In this document: piece by piece, positions 55,823-64,000 of the stretch
Position numbering within the stretch: position 1 is the first letter of the stretch
How the letters are laid out: each line of letters starts with the position of its first letter
From: the human T2T-CHM13v2.0 reference genome, Homo sapiens
Assembly: GCF_009914755.1 (NCBI RefSeq)
Contig: NC_060935.1
Length of the DNA stretch: 64,000 nt
Direction: 5' to 3' (one strand)
Notes under the pieces: generated by a model
What the model was told of the DNA's origin: nothing
Databases searched by the model: none
Seen by the model: the letters and a program-made list of their open reading frames with translations, nothing else
Program-made: the position numbers and the translations under genes

Positions 55823-56266
55823 TATGATGGTTAATTTTGTGTCAATTATGGAAACCAGTTGTTTGATCAAACACTAGTGTAGATGTTTCTGTAAAGGTAT
55901 TTTTTAGATGTGACTAACATATTACAGTGAATTGATTTTAAGTAAAGCAGATTACCTTCCATAATGTGGGTGGGCCTCATCCAGTTAAAGGCTCTAAAAG
56001 CAAAGACTGAGGTTTATTGGAGAAGTAATTCTATCTCCAGACTGCAACAGAGAAATTTTGCCTGAGTTTCCAGCCTTTGGACTCAATTCTTACCTGAATC
56101 TCTACTATGGATTTTAGACTTACTAGCCCCCACTACTGTGTGAGCCAATTCCTTCAAATCAATGGCACTCTCTCTTTATCTTTCTCCCTCTCTTTCTCTG
56201 AGATGGAGGTAGAGGTAGAGATTTAACTTATTGGGTCTGCTTCTCTGGGGAACCCTGATGAATACA
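55823..56266 (+). mobile_element. MLT2-family (ERVL) solo LTR
   Basis: tatgatggttaatttt...agtaaagcagattaccttccataatgtgggtgggcctcatcca...aaccctgatgaataca; TSD CATGG at 55818-55822 and 56267-56271. Confidence 0.88.
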
Positions 56267-56604
56267 CATGGGATGGGATGCTTTCATCTAATTTACCTAA
56301 TTTCATCCTCCAAATGACCCTTGGAGGTAGGTTTTGCTATTTTGATGCTTGTTTGCACATGAGGAAACCAAAGCTTGCTAACTATGATTCCAAAGCCCAT
56401 GTATCACCCTAGGTCTGTGAGGAAGTGGAATTTCTCTTAAGAACTCTGGGACAGAATTCCTGGCCAAAGCAAATAATGTTGCTGATTCCTCTGAGTTCTC
56501 CTTCTCCTTGGGGATGCAGTTAACACCAAAGGGAACTAGGAGTATGAACAATTTTGCTCATTCAAGCAGGATGACCTGCTTTTACAAAACATAGTCTTCA
56601 GGAT

Positions 56605-56910
<306 letters not shown>

Positions 56911-57018
56911 TACAGTCTTTAGGTTATGATCTACATTCTTACCTGGGATCTGTTTCTGGATTTAGGGTTTTGATCTATATAAATACTTCGGGGTTTCATC
57001 ACTTTTAAAAACTGACCT

Positions 57019-57667
<649 letters not shown>

Positions 57668-58848
57668 CTAAGGGGAAGATAATGTTTTTGCTAGTTAATG
57701 AGTGGTCTTCCTCCTGAAGGCAAATCCAGGCTATAGATTGTTTCCATTGGGCTACTGTTGGAAAGTGGGAAGACTGCACTCTGCTTGAATAATGAGCCCT
57801 AAAAGGGGCTGTGCTCAGGTAGAGCAAATGAACAAGCAGCCCTCATTCTGCCTCTTCCAGCTCCCCTTTCCTGATCCAGAAGTCTCTCAGCACCATGGTG
57901 TCTCCTGAGAAAGGGGGAGTATTGTTTTTCTGAATAATAACTCTAGTCTAAGGATGGATGAAACCCTCTTTCCTCAGTTCCCATTAGTGCAGCTGAGACA
58001 GGGCGGTATTTGCAAGAGGAAGTTTACTAAATGCTAGGGGGAATGAAAAGGAAATAATCACAGGAATCCAAACATATCTATAAGCAAGCAGGGCTGCCAA
58101 GATGAGGTTTGTGACTCTTTAATAACTCTTCTCTCTCCAAAGGGCTGGAACATAACATCTGCAGCAGCTTTTGCTAAGCTTCCTGCCATTTGAACTTTCA
58201 GCAGTTTCCACTTGGTCACTATCTTGCTTATTGCCTCAAAGGCATGGCCTCCCAGAACAGTACTCCCCAACGTGTTTAAGGTCACATAAAAAATACTGAA
58301 GTTTGGCACATAGGTAAATGGAAAGGTAAGCGTGCAGTCTGACACCACTTGCTCCTGCTAGCTCAGTCCTGGCCAGCCACCCCAAAGTGCTGAGGCGATC
58401 CTTGTCTTGGTATCCTGGTTGGGAAATCTGTCCTGCAGAGTCTTGTCTCTTGTGGCCTGAGACAAGATCCAGAATCAGCTCTGGCTCTGGCCTGAGCCAA
58501 CCCCCTTCATTTCTGGGTTCTGGTCTGAGAGTGCTGCTTCCTCTTCAGGTAATGGGGCTGGAATGTGGTGACAGACAAATGACTTCACCTTCAGATCAGA
58601 TCTCAACCCTCTCCATAGGGAAGCAGCCTTATATGTGATATACCAAATGGTCCTTCAAGGACATGGAAGAGTGCTACTTGCCCTAGAAGCCTGTCCAGAC
58701 AGGCACATTGTCTCTGTATCTGCCTAAAGACCAGAGATCTCTCCTCTCCTCTGCTGCTGGTGTTGCTCTGTCAAAAAGAGTTGCCTGCATGTTTACACAG
58801 CTGCTAGGGTCTATGAGAGGAAAAAGCTCATGATAATAATAACAATAA

Positions 58849-59217
<369 letters not shown>

Positions 59218-61537
59218 TCCATGTATTAACTCATTAATATTCACCACAACTCTTTGAATTAGGATCTATCATTACACCCATTTTACAGACAAGAATGCCA
59301 AGACACACAAAGATTAAATTATTTGATCAATATAACAAAGCTAGTAAGTGGTAGAGCTGGGATTCAAACCCAGACAGCCTGGCTCTGTATCATTTAATCC
59401 AAATAACAACTCTGCAAGGTTAGTGTTATTAATGCTGGTTTGGTTGAGGAAACTGAGGTTTGAGCACTCTGCTAAGATCACATAGCTAATAAGGGGCAAT
59501 TTAAGTATTCAACCCAAAGGCTGCACCCTTTCTCAAGCTCTCCTTGGTAAGGATGATGTTATAACCACTCCAACCTAAACTCAGGGAGGCCAGTTGACTT
59601 CATTTGTCCTCTGGGTTGAAAGGCCACAGAACCAGAAATGGATGCCCTCAGCCATCAGGAAGGCTCTTCCAGCAGGTGACTTTGGATGAGCGAGGTTTCC
59701 AAACCACTCTATGCATATCCCATCTTTCCCTAAGACGGACAGACTTGAGGATTGGGAGAGCCAGCCTGCTATGACCACGTGTACACTTCTTTGTTAGAGT
59801 TCATGGACACTATACAGTTACGGTTTTCTGGGTGTCCGCTCTGCCCCAGGCATAAGTGAACTTACTTGTAATCAGGATTGAGTGAGACACGGGAAACAGC
59901 ATCTCCCAGTGGAAAGGGCAAAGGCTCAGAGGAACTCAGACCTCTGAGCCACACTACCTGGGGGGATTTAGGCAAGTTTCTTAATCTCTAAGAGTTTCAA
60001 TTTGCTTGTCTGTAAAACAAGAAAACAAGCAAATATATTTTCCTTTTTAGGGTGATTATAAGAAAAAAATGAAGTAGGAAATTTTACAGAAAATATCTAC
60101 TAAGTACCTACAGTGTGCCGGGCTCCATACATATGTACCTTATTTATATTCCACAAAAATCCCATGAGATAGATACATTATTATATCCATCACACAGATA
60201 AGAAAATTGAGGAACTGAGAGACTGAGTAATTGGATCACTTAGCTGTTAAGGAGTACAGCTAGGATTTAGGCCCAGGGTATATACTGCCTGAGACTTTGT
60301 GCTTTAGTGCTCTGCTGTGAGTCCCACTCTGCTCCTCCACAACTGCCTCCTTTTCACAGGTCTCTCCAGCTCTACTCTCCAAGCTGCAAAGGCAATGATC
60401 TTTCTAAAAGGTCAAACACTATTACTCCTCTATCTAAACTCCGCCCCTGATTTCCCCTGCCTAAGGTGATCTTAAACTCTATAGCATGGCATTCAAGGCC
60501 TGGTCCTGACCCTGCTCCTAGCTCCTTTTCTGGCCTGTCTCCCACTCCACCTCCCACCAAAACTGAAGTCCTTGCCACCTAGACTTTGAACCTGCTGTTC
60601 CCTATACTTGCAAGGCCCTCTCTCCAAAGGAGGGAAACTCCTACTCATCTTTGAAAGCCTAGCCTAAGTATCACCTCCTCCTTCCCAGATTTCTTCAGGC
60701 AGCTGTCTAGCTTTCCTCTATGCTTCTGCAATAGCTCTGTAATAACACTATTCACCCATAATCTTATTTGTCAGTTTATATCTCTATCTTCCATGGTACG
60801 CCAGTGGTTGCCAACATATTTGAGTCTGAAGACTCCTTTTTAATATCAAAGAATTTCAGGATCTTCATATACACCAATCAAAGCAATACTTAATAACCAA
60901 GAGTCACCATTAATTCAGTAAAGCCTATAAATGCAACTGTATTTTAGTCAACACCATGCCATCTACAATATTTGAAAACAATGGTGCATGTAGGTGTATG
61001 TGTTATAGACTCTGAGGACTCCAAGGCTGCAGAACCTCCAGTTTGGAAACAATTGCTCTGCTCAGCAAGAGAGTTTTTTGATTAAATGAAAGTAACATTC
61101 ATTGACCCTATTATATTCCAGGGGTGTGCCACTCACTTTTCATTTTTATCTCCTTCAAAGCTCAAAAAAATCTGTATTCTTCAGATAACAAAACAGAGGC
61201 TTGGAAAGCTAAAGTGCCTCATCTGAGGTCACACGGTGAATGAGAGGCAGAGCAGGGATTTGGTTCTTGATCTTTTTCTACTCTGCCACTCTGCCTCCGG
61301 TGCAGGACCAAAACATGTTCATCTCTGAATTTCCAGTGCTCACTCATGGCAATGCTCAGGAGGAATGAATAATACAAACCCAGAGAGTCCTTCTCTACAC
61401 ATCTCAGGCCCTCCAGCTTATATCCACCCCAGTCAGAGACCTTCCCAGTTGTAGGCAAGCATAGGAGCCCCTCACACATCAAAGAACCAGAGGTGCTGGG
61501 CAAAACTCTACGATGGTAAAGCATGGCCCACTTTTGC

Positions 61538-61845
61538 TTTTTTGTTGTTGTTGTTGTTGAGATAGGGTCTCACTCTATTGCCCAGGCTGGAGTGCAGTGG
61601 CACTATCAAAGCTCAATGCAGCCTCAACCTCCCAGGCTCAAGCGATCCTCCCCGACAGCCTCCAGGGGAGCTGGGACTAAAAGTGCACACCACCACACTT
61701 GGCTAATTAAAAAAAAATTTTTTTTTGTAGAGGCGGGGTTTCACTATGTTGTCCTGGCTGCTCTCGAGCTCCTGGGCTCAAATGATCCTCCTGCCTCAGC
61801 CTCCCAAAGTGCTGGGATTATAGGCATGAGCCACTGCACCTGGCC
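61538..61845 (-). mobile_element. AluJ, antisense
   Basis: gagatagggtctcact...ctcctgggctcaaatgatcctcctgcctcagcctcccaaagtgctgggatta; (TTG)n tail. Confidence 0.92.
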
Positions 61846-62329
61846 CTACTTTTCCTTTAAGTGCTATTTCCCTCATTTGGTGGGTATTCCTGCCCTTGTC
61901 CTGAACTCCAAGCCCCTTCTCTTCATTGTCACCCCCATCCCCACTGCCCTCCCTCCCCCAAACTTCCTGCCCATATCCACTGCAGCCTGCTCTCGATCCT
62001 CTAACAGTTCTCTCAAACTAGCTCCCACTAAGGTCATACTGCCTGGTAATAGCTAGGTGTGGCTCCCTGCAACCCCCTCAACTGGACACTTGTGTATTAA
62101 GCCAAAGGACAGACTTCTAAACAATTCTGGTCAGTGTGCCATGGGAGGAAGAGAATGGGCTTCAAAGTCGGACAAAGCCAGGTTGCAATCACTGGTTCTG
62201 CTACTTCCTTTTTGAATTACCTTGGGCAAATCACTTAATTTCTCTGAGTCTCAGTGTCTTCATCTGAAAAATGAGGATGATAAAACCTACCTCATAAGGT
62301 GAATATACAAAGACCTTACAATCTTGGAC

Positions 62330-63048
62330 TGTATAGTGGGTTGAACAATGGTCCTCCAAAAGATGTTAGTCAATGCCTTAACCCCCAGAACTTGTGAATG
62401 TGACCTTTTATGGAAAAAGGGTCTTTGCACATATAATTAAGTTAAGGATTTTGAAATAAGAAGCTTGTCCTAGATTATCTGAGTGAGCCTAAATGTCATC
62501 ACAAGAGAAAAGCAGAGGGAAATCTGACACACAGACAAAAGAGGAGGAGGCAGTGTGACCATGGAGGCAGGGACTGGAGTGATGTGGCCACAAGTCAAGG
62601 AATGGCAGCAGCCACCAGAAGCTGGAAGGGTCAAAGAACAGATTCTCCCCTAGAGCCCACAGACTCTCTGCAGATGTAACCAAGTTAAAGACCTTGGAAT
62701 GAGTGCAATCTCTCTTCTTTATAAGAGAAAGAAGAAAAGATGCATCACACAGAGAAGGCCACGTGAAGACAGAGGCAGGGTCAGGGTTTTTGCAGCCACA
62801 AGCCAAGGAATGCCTGGAAACACCAGAAGATGGAAGAGTCAAGAGAACTGTCTCTCCTAGAGCCTCCAGAGGGAGCATGGCCCTGCTGACACCTTGATTT
62901 TGGACATCTGGCCTCCAGAAGTGAGAGCATAAATATGAGAGAATAAATTCCTATCATAAACCACACAGATTGTGGTACTTTATTATGGGAGACTAATAAT
63001 TTTTAGGTTACGAATACTAATAATTATTCATATTATTATGCTAATACA
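62330..63048 (+). mobile_element. MLT1C/MLT1D-like MaLR LTR with internal tandem duplication or two fused copies
   Basis: tagtgggttgaa...gggtctttgca...gccacaagtcaaggaatg...ttctcccctagagcc, then the same segment again from ~62665, ending ctaataca. Confidence 0.85.
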
Positions 63049-64000
63049 CACTGCCTATCTCCTTAACTTATCATGTATCACCCCTCATCTCCCTCATACA
63101 AACTATGTTACAAGAATGCAAGCTTTGGGAGAATGGAACCTTATCTAACTTGGTCATTATCAAAACCCTAATGATTAGCATGGCACCAGGTAGACGGTAG
63201 GTGCTCCATACATTTTTTTAAATAAATGAATTAATTGCAGTTCCTCAAACATAATATGCTATGTCATGCCTCCATGTCTTTGCATATGCTATTCCCTCTG
63301 CCTAGAATGCCCTCCTCATTCCCTTACAAACACCTATAAAATTATCCTTCAAAACTCTACTGAGATATCACCTCTTCTCTGCATGCCTTTCCTTATCACA
63401 TAGATTAATCTCTCTATATTAATTCCGTGCCAAGTACATTGCTGTAATACAGCAGTTCTTACATTGCACTCTAATCATGTGTATATGTGTCCATCTCACT
63501 CAAAAGAGAAGAGCTTCTCAGAGGGCAAGAGAGTAATGTGATTTACTGCTTCTAAGTCCTCAGCATCCACAACATAGGACACAGCTACATACACGTAGAG
63601 CTTCCCCCTCCTTCCACATATTTCAGCACTGAAAGGGCAATTCTCCCCAAAAAAGGGGTAAATCTTACCAGCCTGAGGCCCAGAAATAAGCCTACAGGAT
63701 CCAAAGAGTCCATGAGCCCCTTCTAGACCTATTTCCAAACTCCCTCTAAACAGAAGCCATAGACAGAACCTTATGACTGCAGAATCCTGGGAATGGTATT
63801 GTTTAATTAAACAGAGACTCAAGTCACCAGCATCTGGCTCAGGCTGGGCCTCTGGGACTTGAGCAAGCAACATTTCATCATTAGGAGGAAAGGAGATGAC
63901 AAACTCTTTCCTGAAAGAACCCAGCAGGCAGGCAGCAGAATTACTGGATGTGGATAAATAAAACCATTATTTCCAAATACATATCCCAGGCAGCACTAAA

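Overview
Human (or very closely related hominoid) genomic DNA from the KCNC1/SERGEF locus (chr11p15 by recall). + strand: the 3' part of KCNC1 (voltage-gated K+ channel Kv3.1). This covers the end of intron 1, exon 2 (13363-14296, S1-S6 and pore), the read-through Kv3.1a tail (stop 14326-14328), exon 3 (21154-21342), exon 4 (23368-23432, Kv3.1b C-terminus) and the 3'UTR to about 24755. - strand, convergent: the last coding exon of SERGEF/DelGEF (30111-29783, final RCC1 repeat) with a very short 3'UTR; everything from 30112 to the window end is SERGEF intron. The rest is typical primate interspersed repeat (Tigger1, Alu, MIR, L2, L1M, MaLR/ERVL LTRs, MER58) and low-complexity sequence. The remaining ORFs in the track appear spurious or repeat-derived. 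I see no novel gene system. The best candidates for something under-described concern KCNC1 C-terminal RNA processing: a stop-containing 144-nt cassette exon candidate in intron 2 (17989-18132) with neuronal-splicing hallmarks, in-frame upstream acceptors for exon 3 next to the Ser503 site, an exon-3 read-through stop, an RBFOX motif cluster, an intronic poly(A) site, and RFX X-box clusters. All of these are sequence-based inferences and may already be in annotation databases I cannot consult.
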